Part shown: positions 50,400 through 61,422 of the stretch, piece by piece
How the letters are laid out: each line of letters opens with the position of its first letter
Position numbering within the stretch: the first letter of the stretch is position 1
Assembly: GCF_000143415.4 (NCBI RefSeq)
Contig: NW_003314355.1
Coordinates: 329,410-393,409, forward strand
DNA: 64,000 nt
Direction of reading: 5' to 3'
Source: Selaginella moellendorffii
Lineage: Eukaryota; Plantae; Lycopodiophyta
Notes under the pieces: model-generated
The model's database searches: none
What the model was told of the DNA's origin: nothing
The model's input: only the letters and a program-made list of their open reading frames with translations
Program-made: the position numbers and the translations under genes

Positions 50400-51870
50400 G
50401 CGCTGATGCTTGTTAAACTCGAGTATCATCCAGCTCAAAGTCTTTCTTTGCGTTTCCTCGTCCCCGTCCTGCGGCCAAACACGACGTGAGAGAAATGCTC
50501 TGCAGACATTTAATGCTGCTCTTCGACTTTAATAGCTAACAAGCTCAACGTAGAAGACATGCCTTCGGCATGGTAAGCACGCAGAAATCCCGAAACAGCA
50601 GCACAATGTCTTCAACTACAGCTCAGTTGAACAGGGTCAGCAAAAAGAAAAACATATTTGAAACTTGAAATGCAAGAGGTAGTAACACTTCAGCGAAAGA
50701 ACTCTCAGGAAATCCCCGTAAGCGGGCACTGAGTCGCTGTAGATCTGGCACCTTTCGGAGTAATGCTCGCAACTCAGCAGCACATTCGGGATTGCACAGA
50801 AGCTCCTCGACTGAATCTGGCCGATGATTTATAGCTTTGATGTCTTGAAGTGGAAGCAGTCGCGCAGCTCTCAAGGTATCCTATGAGGCTTCCTGCACAA
50901 TCACGCATAATATTTTCTCACGCCTCTCACACCCTTAACCTACCAGCCCAAGCAACTTTAGGCTGGCTATTGTCTGACCGTCAAGCCTCATAAAGCCCCG
51001 GTATAGTTCATGCGCACAGAGAACGCCATTATATATCTCCGCGTCCCTAGCTACAGAGTGGCCGTAAGTTTTCATAAGTGTTTGGACTTCTGATAATCTG
51101 AGCCGCAGATGGTAGAGAAAGCTTGTTCAGGTAGCTCACGGACGCATGTAAATTGCAGATAGCACCTCAAGAGGTGCTTTACGAAATAGGAGGTCTCTTG
51201 CCGAGTGTTTCAACGCTATAATCGTCCTGGTCTTAATGATGTTGTGCAGCGTCTTTACTACTGGTTTCTTACACCTTTGCATCCAAGTTCTGACTTCCCT
51301 GAACCAGCCACTGTTTTAGAGCTAAAGACGCTGCTATGACCGCATTGGGAGCTCTCGTATCTCTTTTGCACGGGATCAAGGTTCTTATTGCTTGCCAGTA
51401 GTTAAATGCAGAACACGACTTTGTAGTAGCGCTACAAGTTTCTGAACAGCGTCTTCAATTCCACTCTCACGCACTCCAACCTGAAGCCTAAAATTTGGGA
51501 CGCAATACGCATTTACCTGTCTCCAACTAGTCGAGCTCTTTGTGCCCGATCTCTCATAGAACTTCCCCTGCAAAAAATCAATTAAAATTCGAGTTGACAA
51601 AAGAAACTCACGATCATATCTCACCACTTCGAAGGAGAGAACAATATCCATGTACTGGCATTTGGTTGTCCAATACCGCCTCTGCGATATCCACTCACTT
51701 GGCTTGAGCTTCTGCCCAAGCGCCTTTCTTCGAGCCTCCGTCGTCACCAAGAGCTTCCAGCAATTTTTTGCGTTTGCTCTCATCAAAGTTTTTAACTTCC
51801 AATTTTTTTTAATAAAAAGTAGGCACTCTCCTCCTGTGAGGAAAGAAAGAAAAACTATCACGCGTGATAA
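50400..51870 (-). pseudogene. Degenerate MSH7/MSH6 MutS homolog fragment
   Basis: WTTKCQYMDIVLSF..GKFYE; QVGVRESGIEDAVQKLVA; RLDGQT; PLQDIKAINHR.DSVEEL; LRKVPDLQRL. Frameshifts and deletions, no ATPase domain. Confidence 0.75.
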
Positions 51871-52004
51871 AACAGAAATAAAACCTGCTTTTAATGAGCT
51901 TCTGCCTTTGATCCACTTGTCAGAATCTAGATGTGAGACCAGAAAACTAGAGACAAACTATCTGAAAAATCTCTTCATCGCCCTCTATAAATTCATTCAC
52001 TTCA

Positions 52005-52076
52005 AGGAGGCAACCAGGATCGAACTAGTGACCTATCAGACTGCAGCCGATTGCTCTACCGCTGAGCTATACCTCC
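52005..52076 (-). tRNA. tRNA-Cys (anticodon GCA)
   Basis: GGAGGTA TA GCTC AGCGGTA GAGC A ATCGG CTGCAGT CTGAT AGGTC ACTAG TTCGATC CTGGT TGCCTCC T. All four stems pair, discriminator is U, A/B boxes are intact, and a T5 run lies about 35 nt downstream. Confidence 0.95.
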
Positions 52077-53469
52077 ATCACACAAACCATATCTGGTTAA
52101 TAGAGATGAGATCATGTTTCCTTTTCTTACTCTGTACGTCGTTGAGTGTTGGCTTATTTCCAATGGCACTCCGATTTGCTTTTCTTGCTTAGCTCCTCGA
52201 GGTCTCCCAATCCTGGCATCTTTCCGCCCTGCATTTTCACTGCCAAGTTCCTCATTTGAGCACGCATTGGTATAGTTGAGATATAAACTGGCCAACCCGC
52301 AAAAATCGAGAACAGATATATGCTTATTTTAAGAAGCTCAGGATCTTCTCTTTACAGAAACAATGACTGAGAACGAGAGAACAGCATACTCAAGCTCCTT
52401 GCAGCTTCACGGATTTCTGTGGTCCGAGCAAGCGTCACAAAATGCCTCAATGTATCCGGCAAAGGTTAAACGCTGATTCGAGAAAAACGAAAGAAACAAA
52501 CCACTTTGCCTGTCGAATTTGCTAGAATCCTAGCTAGATATCGCATTTTCCAGTACGCGCTAGGCAGAGGTAGGCAGAGCTTGCAATTGTAACAAAACTC
52601 AAACAGAAACGCCCTCAAGGAAACCAAATTTAAGAACAGTCTGTCGAGCAAAACACCAAGCGAAGCAAAGGAATGAGGCTGCAGCCAGAACAAAATCAAA
52701 GCAGTACAACTTCGTTCTCGAGTATCCTCTAGAGAGTTCCACTGGCCTCTTATAACCTGGATGTCAAAATGCTAGGAAAAATTTAAGAGCGAACGAACAG
52801 GATAAAAGAAAGTGTGCACTTAAAGACTCTTCCGGAGCGTCACAGTTAAAATTCCCACGCTTCCACACCAAGCTAGAGCACAAAGATTACAAGAGACAAT
52901 TGTAAGCTTACCACGCCATTTAGAAGGCATGGAAAATCACCCCTTGGGAAACCCACATATCATTCTTCCTCCAAGTGGTCCAGCAATCGCGATCTAAAAC
53001 TTAAGAAAACAAAGACAAGCAAGTAAACACGATGGCCACCTTTATTGACGTGGACAAGAAGCGTTACCGTCAAAGTTTGTCCACGACGTTGAACTAGAAA
53101 AGGAGAACCTCGTCACTCTCCAATACGCAATGTAAGATCAGCTATAGTAGAGGGAAGAATGGGACAGGTATATCCAGAACCCTTAACGTGGAGGAGGCGC
53201 AATGCCGGTGGCGAGCCGGATCGTAGGTAGCGCGGAATTTGGAGCTGGAGCTGACGGCGATCAGCACAAGAAGCCTAAGAAGGCATGCCCTGATTTCCTC
53301 GATTTTTTGCCGACGCTGCCCCGGACGACGATGACGCCGTGGTCAGCACCAATCGCTGTCGCAAGTTTTGGAAAGCTATAGCTTACCTGCTCACAAACAA
53401 TGCAAGGTACTTGCGATCTTTCGTGTTCTTGCGATGGAGTAATCATTTCTAGCACGTACGCATGCATCC

Positions 53470-54350
53470 GACGCAAAGACTCTTATTTACGCGAATGCGG
53501 CAGCGCAACGAGGACCATGCTCGGATGCTACAACCGTTGCAAGGTCCGGCATCTAGTCGCCATGAATTCGATGATCACTAGACCACAGCTCGTGACATCC
53601 AAGCAATGAAGGAGTTCTTCGATGTAATGCCAAAGCACGATGCTATCTCCTCGACTGGGCATCCGATGAAAAGCCATTGAAGAGCACAAGCACGATGACG
53701 AACATGTGCTCGTCCTACGTCGTCTATGAACGCCGCAATCTAGCCATGAAAACTTTTGATAGCATCCCCGAAAGGTGGACACTATGGGGATCTAGAGCGA
53801 GCGTTGATCTCTGGGATGATGTCACAGATTAGAGAGCTGCTTGGGAGCTCAAATCATTCGAGATAAATGTTCAAGGATCACTATCCTGGGCTTCGTTCCT
53901 CGCCGCTTGCAAAGTGGACCAAAGCAGCGCACAACTTGTTCCATCTCAGACTCCTTGGCCGGCACCTACTTGCTCGAGCTGTAGAATATCCCCTTGGAAA
54001 GTAAAGAAGCTCGAACGTCGGCTATCTGGAAAACTTACATGATGAAGACCTGCGGAAGCTGTCATCCTCATGCAGGATGGAGTGCCAAGCTTTCCAAGGT
54101 CAGCAGATCTTCGCAGATTTAGAGAAAGCCATCCCTGGTTCTCAAAGTCGAATGCGCCTGCAGGCTTCTCGCTCCAGAATCTCAAGTTTTTCGAACCACC
54201 GTCCACTAAACTACCGGGACTTGGTTCGAGCCGCTGTCGAAGAACATGTGGGAATGTCCACCAGATGCTACAGGTAGGATCGATCGATCGATCTCTCAGG
54301 AGGGCTTCATTGCGATCACGAAGGCTCCATCACAAGTTTTTCGTAGTCAT
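53470..54350 (+). pseudogene. Degraded PPR E/DYW-domain fragments
   Basis: WASFLAACKV (E-domain-like) near 53890; relics resembling KN..C..CH and RD.RRLHH near 54240-54335. Confidence 0.45.
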
Positions 54351-54414
54351 TGATAAAGTTCTTATTTATCTTTTATCACAACAACGAGCCCTAAGCTATT
54401 TTTCTTCCCTTGAA

Positions 54415-55694
54415 ATGGCGAGCAGCAAGGCGCTGCTGTGGGTCGCGGCGCTTCTGCTCTTCTTGCTCCTGATGCTAGTCACGCCCAGGATTCCACAGGA
54501 TCAAGACTACCACGACTTTGCGGATCATCGCGCAATGCTTGGTAAGCGATACAAAGCTGGGAATTTGTCTCTGATTCTCATGTTTGCGTGCGATAGGAAT
54601 TCCCAACGCTTTGAATGTTGTGTCGAATTTCCCATTCCTCGTCATTGGCGCCGTGGGAATGGTGTTGACGCTGCAAGGGCGAAGCTTTCGTTTGAGGTAT
54701 AGCTCTCATTTTCTTTCTTTTCTCTTTGTTCTTTGTGTTTGAGCCTCTACTATAACGTTTTGGCAGCCTTGAAGGGGAAGTCCTGGGATGGACTTGGTTC
54801 TTCCTTGGCGTTGCAGCGACCACATTTGGATCTTCGTACTACCATCTCCATCCTGACGATTCCCGTCTAGTTTGGGATCGGCTGCCGGTGACTATAACAC
54901 TTCTTTCTCTCTTATATTTCACTTGCTCTTTTTTTTTCTTCTGAATTGTAGATGACGATATCCTTCACTGCTATCATGGCCGTGTTCGTCATCGAGAGAG
55001 TAGACGATCGAACTGGGAAGGCGTCTGTTTTTCCACTTCTTGCCGCTGGAGCCTTGAGCGTCGCTTACTGGAGGTATGGCTTGACATGATACTGTGACTC
55101 AGTGTAAGATGGCTGCATTTTTCTTTTTCTTTTTCTTTTTTTTGTTACTCAGGTTTGCTGACGATTTGCGGCCCTATGCCTTGGTTCAGTTCGTTCCTTG
55201 CATAGCGATTCCTGTCATGACACTTACTATGCCACCACAGTACACGCATTCCTTATACTGGTTGTGGGCTGCTGGTAAGATTAAGCTCTTCACTCTCGTA
55301 GTCTTTTTTTTTTTTTTTTTTTTTGTAACGATTTTATCATATATATGACTCTGGTTTTTGCAGGCTTCTACTTGCTAGCAAAGGTTGCAGAAGCTGCAGA
55401 CAATCAGATCTACCGTTGGACAGGCCATTTGGTAAGCGGCCACACACTGAAGCATTTGTTAGCGGCTTTAGTCCCGGTTTTCATCATGATCATGCTAGCT
55501 CGTCGAGAGGAAGCTGTTGACAAGTGAGTTTTTGCCTTTTTATCATTTTAAACCGCGTCTGATTGCTAGCATACAGGGTGTGCATAATGACTAAGCTGAG
55601 AAACCACTCACGGGTTAGAAGATTGTGTGGGAAGGAAGAAGGCAGTGAGCAGGATCATACTGAGGCTAATCTTCTCACTAACTCGGTGCCTTGA
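54415..55694 (+). CDS. Alkaline phytoceramidase-like CREST-family membrane hydrolase
   Basis: IPQDQDYHDFADHR..GIPNALNVVSNFPF; FGSSYYHLHPDDSRLVWDRLPMT; DDLRPYALVQF; VSGHTLKHL. Confidence 0.9.
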
Positions 55695-57410
55695 GTTGCT
55701 GTATAATGGGGCCAACCAGGTACGCGTTTTTTGTATGATAATCTCTTCTTACAAACAAAACAATCGAATATTACTCTTGGAGAAGAAATATTTCTTGCTT
55801 GCGAGCAAAATCACCAGACCTTCACTCAAGAGATATATAGAAGACTACTTTCAACCGAGAAGTCCATATTAGAAAGTGAAGACGACCTTGAGGATTGTGA
55901 GGGACTGATGAAATGGAGGGACCTCAAGAGGCACTTGATAGCTGAATTAATTTAATGCAAGAAGCTAAATGTATGGAAGTTCATCCATTTGACATATCAT
56001 ATTAATTCCACGTTTTTTTATAGAGAACCACTTTGTGATTATATCTATTTTGGTTGAAATTCACAAATAAAATAAAAGCATTTTGAATAGACTATGTGGT
56101 TTGGGCTTCCAGTCTTGCTTGTTACCAAGACCAACTTCCAAATTCCTGTTATAGAAACGGCATGCAATTGCCAGAAATTTTCTTGCTTGGAGCAGGATGG
56201 ATTAGTCATAATTCCACTAGTGAAACTAATAAGATCCACACATGGTTACAGAAATTTGTAAAAATGGATTTGCATTAAATATTTAATCCTGATGCAATCT
56301 ATAGCAATGAATATGTGATTGCACATGGGAGCATTATATATTTACACATGTGTAGATTTACTTATTGTTTTGAGTTGCATACAAAAATATTATGGACACA
56401 ATCACTTTTTCGATTGCTATATAAGCAATTGAAATGCGAGTGTATATATAATATTTTTATCATGGGGTATGTCATGTATGCATGGGGCATGACACCTCAA
56501 GCATCATGTTAAATCATCCTAATCTAATGAGGGTATTTTTGTCTCATTTTCATGTGCACAAATTTATGATGTGCTGATTGTAATAATTTCTCTCCTCTCA
56601 TTTCTTGTGGGTCTAACTCATTTTTTGTGGCTCTAGCTCATTTTTTATGTGCTACACACCCTAAACTGGCCAAAATTGCCCTGCAGTAGCATTAGTAAAG
56701 AATTAGTCATTTTTTGTTCATTGACATAAGCATGTTGGTGATATTGTAACTCCCTGTGCACATAAACAACACTACGAAGTGTGGTATTATTTGGACAGTC
56801 TTCAAATGCTTACTGGTATTATTGATTTTGTGTAAATAGATGCCCCAATGCTTTAGCTTGCAATATGTTGTAAAACAAAAGTTATGTCAAGACCATGATT
56901 TACATGTGGTATGGGAAATTTACTATCAATGCACTAGAGCTTCATAATTGACTTCATATTAAAACACACATGGGGAATTGGCTTAAGTCTCCTTCACAAA
57001 ACTTGCTCCAGGCAAATACAGGCATCTTAGTTTGCCATTAACATATGTAATCCTTCACGTTGTCAATTTTTCATATTGTAAAAGCTTTAAGAAGCATTTA
57101 AACTATAACAATACTCTTGAGGGGATACACTTCTTCCCAGCTTATAGCTTTGAGATACCGATGCAATATACACTAGTCCACTCCAAACGAGGAGGTAAGA
57201 TCCTTCATTCTATATATTCCCTCAATTTAGCACTCACCCACATAAGAAATCTTTTATTCATTGCTATTCAATATTTTGTTGTGTTATGTAAAAGGTCTAT
57301 CATGACACTTTTTCAAGGCTACCTTCCTTAGTTCCCCTTTTGAAATATACACCTTTATCTAGTTATAATAAATTAATCTATTATATTCCACATAACTCAT
57401 TTTCTTTTTC

Positions 57411-57892
57411 TGTAATACATATGGTTTTCACTTTATATCTTATGGTGATTTACTAGAAGATAACCACAAAGTGGAACTTAAACCCTTTATGTGCCATATA
57501 TCACATGCTACATGCCACATGCCACATGTCTAATGACAATAGAGCAGAACCCAAATTTCAGGGCCTTGGGCCACTGAATGAAAGGAGAGAGCTAAGCTTG
57601 TAGTTAAGAAGCAAAGGAACTAGAGCACAAAATAATTCCCAAGTGTTCAGCCTAAGGAGCAAAAAGACAAAAGCATAAAGTAACTTGGAACAATCCTAGA
57701 GCTTTTAGCATCCCAATGCCATGACTAATTTACAAAATAGAGCCAAATGAAGTATAATATAATTTTAGCATACTTGTGGCCTAATGCAAGGATATGGGTA
57801 CTCCACCAGCTAGCATAGTGTGGAACTTGGGTTGGACATAAAACAAGGATAGGCACGCAAGTGGGAACTAGACTACACCTCAAGTTAGTTAA
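57411..57892 (-). mobile_element. 3' half of an LTR, inverted
   Basis: Diverged reverse complement of about 58543-59047. Starts TGTAAT, the reverse complement of the LTR end ATTACA. Confidence 0.85.
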
Positions 57893-59047
57893 TGTCACGA
57901 ATGTGACTTCGAGTATCGAAAGTTACTTGTCGGCCAGTCTTTACGGACATTCTTTCTTTATTGCCATGATGGCAAGAGGTCAGTATTGCTGGACCATTTA
58001 TTAGCCCCTCTTGTGCTAGTGGAGTTAACTGGGCATTTCGAGTGTACTTAGACCGGACGAGCATAAGGACGGAATTCCTACGTGTTATTAGCTAAGCATA
58101 CTTAACCTAGTAAGGAGTTCTCGTCTCGTTGTGTTTTGCACTGGTTAGTGACAAAAACCCTTGCGTATTGAGACTAGTCCTTCAATATTGCTACATGATA
58201 GCTTACAGTGTTTGCCAAACACCCTTGCTATCATGCCTTTTGTGTTAGTATCATTTCGGTCCCAAATACTATTTATGGAAAGTGTCTAGATTTACTCATT
58301 TGGCATATCTATGGAATGTAGAGATTGTTCTGAACACAATGATGTTCGTCCCACGTCCAAATTCACAATATAAGGACATTCCATATTTAGTAAGTTTCAA
58401 GCTTGTCCCAGAGACAAATTAACTCCTAGAACTAAGGGAGGCTTGGGGTGAAAGCCCAAAGCATGTGTTCCCAAGGGGGGGCGAGATGGGTATATGGGGG
58501 GTTCTAAATGTATAGTAGGGATAGTGGGTAGGTCAGGCATGGCTGACTAACCTGAGGCATAGTCTAGCTCCTGCTTGCGTGTTTGTCCTTGTTTTGTGTC
58601 TGGCTTGGGTCTAAGCCCAAGTTCCATTTCATGCTAGCTGATGGAGTACCCATATCCTTGCGTTAGGCCACCGGTATGCTGAAATAACACTAAACTTTGT
58701 TTGGCTCTCTTTTGCATGTTAGTCTTAGCATTGGGATGTTGGTTGCTTTGGGACTGTTCCTAGTCGCTCCGTGCTCCTGTCCCTTCGCTCCTTGGGCTAT
58801 ACATTTGGGAGTTATTCCATGCTCTAGTGCTATTGCTCCTTGGCTCCTTGCTTGGGAATTTGGCATCGTTCCTTCGTTCAGTGGCCCATGGCTTTGAATC
58901 TCGTGCTTTGCACCATTGTTCTATAGACACATGGCATGTGACACATGGCATATGACACATGGCATATAGAGGGTTTAGGTTCTGCTTTGTGGTGTTATCC
59001 AGTGGTAAATCACCATAAGATAAAGGGTAAAAACCATGTGCATTACA
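57893..59047 (+). mobile_element. Complete 5' LTR (TG...CA, about 1155 bp)
   Basis: TGTCACGAAT...CATTACA, followed by a primer-binding site. Confidence 0.9.
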
Positions 59048-59049
59048 TT

Positions 59050-59060
59050 TGGTATCAAAG
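59050..59060 (+). other. tRNA-Met primer-binding site
   Basis: TGGTATCAAAG two bases after the LTR end (consensus TGGTATCAGAGC). Confidence 0.8.
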
Positions 59061-60310
59061 AATGAGTCTCGGCGAGTACTATCCAATAAGATTGGGCAAC
59101 TAGTCTCGTTGCATACATAGAGATGAAAATGATGATCCGAGTGGGTACATGTTTAGGTGCAAAGACTTTGCAATTGTTCCTTGGGTATGGATTTGGTTAC
59201 TTTGTTGTACCTTATGATGTGAGCTTGCTCTTGGGCTCATAGGATGGATTTGAGGTGTACCATTTGCACGAGTTTTCACTTGGGCTTGTGAGTGAGGCAT
59301 ATTAGCAACTCAAGATTACACTTTGAGTTGGCAGGATTAATGTTAGCCTATTGGTGGTTCTATGAGTTGTTCCTTGTACCATAGGTGAAAGTAAACCTTC
59401 CCTAGGTTTTCTATGAGTGGCAATAGGCTGGTCCGTAGCTATTTAGCATGACACTAGTGGATCCTTCCTAACCGTGATTATAAGTGAATTAATCAAGACT
59501 GTAGGGATTAGTCTATTGGTTCAAGTAGTCATTTCTGTGCTCTCTCATAAACTTTTTTTGGATTGGACTAAAGGCAGTGCAAATGCAAGTTTGAGGTTTA
59601 GTCAAAGATGAGACCGAAAAAAGAGTTATCAGGACGAAGGATTAAACACATAAATCATTTTCTCTTCTTGGAGAGATGATTTGCAATGAGGTGTTAACTC
59701 ATTGCTCATGTACACATTATGCAAACCTTGATGCATGTTGGCTATAGTGGTCTTACAAATGGTGAGTTTTGAGATGGATGCAGTGAAACGTTAAACCATT
59801 TTATCTAGGCTTACTATTGGAAAACTTGGGTTACAATGCTCAATTCTTTTCCAGGGAACCTTGCTATTGCTCCTTGAGTAGCTTGGTGTTGGATTAGTTT
59901 TGAGTTTGGTCAGAAAGAGAGTGGTATGAACTTGTTTGTGTTGTGAACAAAAGTTAGTAGTGTTGGGTGTTGTAAATCTTTATCGGTGGAGTGTGCCATT
60001 TATGTTGCATTTTGTTGAATCGAGTTGACACTTGATACTCACATAAATCTTTGAAGTAATGACATTGGCATTGTTCGTGGTGTTGCTTGATTGATGATCA
60101 AGACATTGTGATTTTTATATCATATCTATGTGATAATGAATAATGTGTTTACGAAGTTGCTTGGTTAAACGATAATCAGCCCCAAAGTGGTTGATAGTGA
60201 AGCTAATCTACTTGCACATAGTAGCATCGTAGTAGCTTTGACTGGATTCTCGATGGTGGTCCATTGTGCTAAGCTTAAGTTGGTTCCTTATTCCTTGAAG
60301 GGTTTGCATA
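59061..60310 (+). mobile_element. Degenerate retrotransposon internal region (copia-like gag/protease relics)
   Basis: No long ORF; WILDGG near 60243 resembles the copia protease motif WILDSG. Confidence 0.5.
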
Positions 60311-61422
60311 TGTCGCGAATATGACTTCGGGTATCGAAAATTACCTGTCAGCTAGTCCTTACGGACACTCTTTCCTTACCATCACAATGGCAAGAAGTCG
60401 GTATTGTTGGGCCCGTTATCAGTCTCCGCCTAAGCTAGTTAAGAAATTGGTCTTTGCGTGTGCACTTGACCAGATGAGCATAAGGAAGGAATTCGTAAGT
60501 GTTTATTTAGTCAAGCATACTTGACCTGGTTAGAGAAACTCATTTGTTGACTTGCACTTGTTAATGTTAGGAACCCCCGCGATATTGAGTTTGGTCCCTT
60601 AATATTCGTTAGATGATAGCTTACCATGTCTACCAAACACCCTCGCTATCATGCCCTTTATGTTAGTCTCATTTTGATCCCAAATGTTATTTATGGAAAG
60701 TGTCCAGATTTGCTCATTTGGCATATTTACGGAATGTAGAGATTGGCCTGAACACAATGGTGTTCGTCTCGTGTCCAAATTCGCAATCTAACACCATTCC
60801 ATATTTAGTAAGTTTCAAACTTGTCCCAAAGACTAACTCCTGATACTAAGGGAGGCTTGGGGTGAAAGCCCAAAGCGTGTGTTCCTCAAGGGGGGGGGGG
60901 GGGCTGTGGGGGGTTCCAAATGTATTGTAGGGATAGTGGGTAGGTCAAGCATGGCCGACCAACCTAAGGCATAGTCTAGCTCCCACTTGCATGCCTGTCC
61001 TTGTTCTGCATCCGGCTTGGGCCTAAGTCTAAGTTCCATTCCATGCTAGTTGGTGGAGTACCCATATCCTCGCGTAAGGCCACCGGTATGCTGAAATAGC
61101 GCCAGACTCCGTTTGGCTCCGTTTTGCATGCTGGTCCTGACATTGGGATGCTGGTTACTTTAGGATTATTCCAAGTTGCTTTGGCTCCTGTCCCTTCGCT
61201 CTTTGGGCTATATGCTCGGGAGTTTATCTGTGGACCGGTTCCGTCACCCCTTGGCTCCATGCTTGGGAGTTTGGCACCTAGTGGCCCAAGGCCCTGAACC
61301 TCGGGTTCCACACCACTGTCTTTTGGACACGTGGCATATGTCACGTGGCATAGGTTCCGCTTCGTGGTGTTATCCTATGCTAAATCACTATAAGATAAAG
61401 GGTCAAAACCGCATGCGCTACA
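60311..61422 (+). mobile_element. Complete solo LTR of the same family (best preserved copy)
   Basis: TGTCGCGAAT...GCGCTACA. Colinear with 57893-59047 and retains more CpG. Confidence 0.9.

Noticed and set aside
51960-52004. tRNA-snoRNA dicistron after tRNA-Cys
   Set aside because: Only about 35 nt before the T run, with no convincing box C/D pair.
55700-57400. AT-rich, CpG-poor stretch, possibly an old DNA transposon
   Set aside because: No termini or protein motif identifiable by eye.
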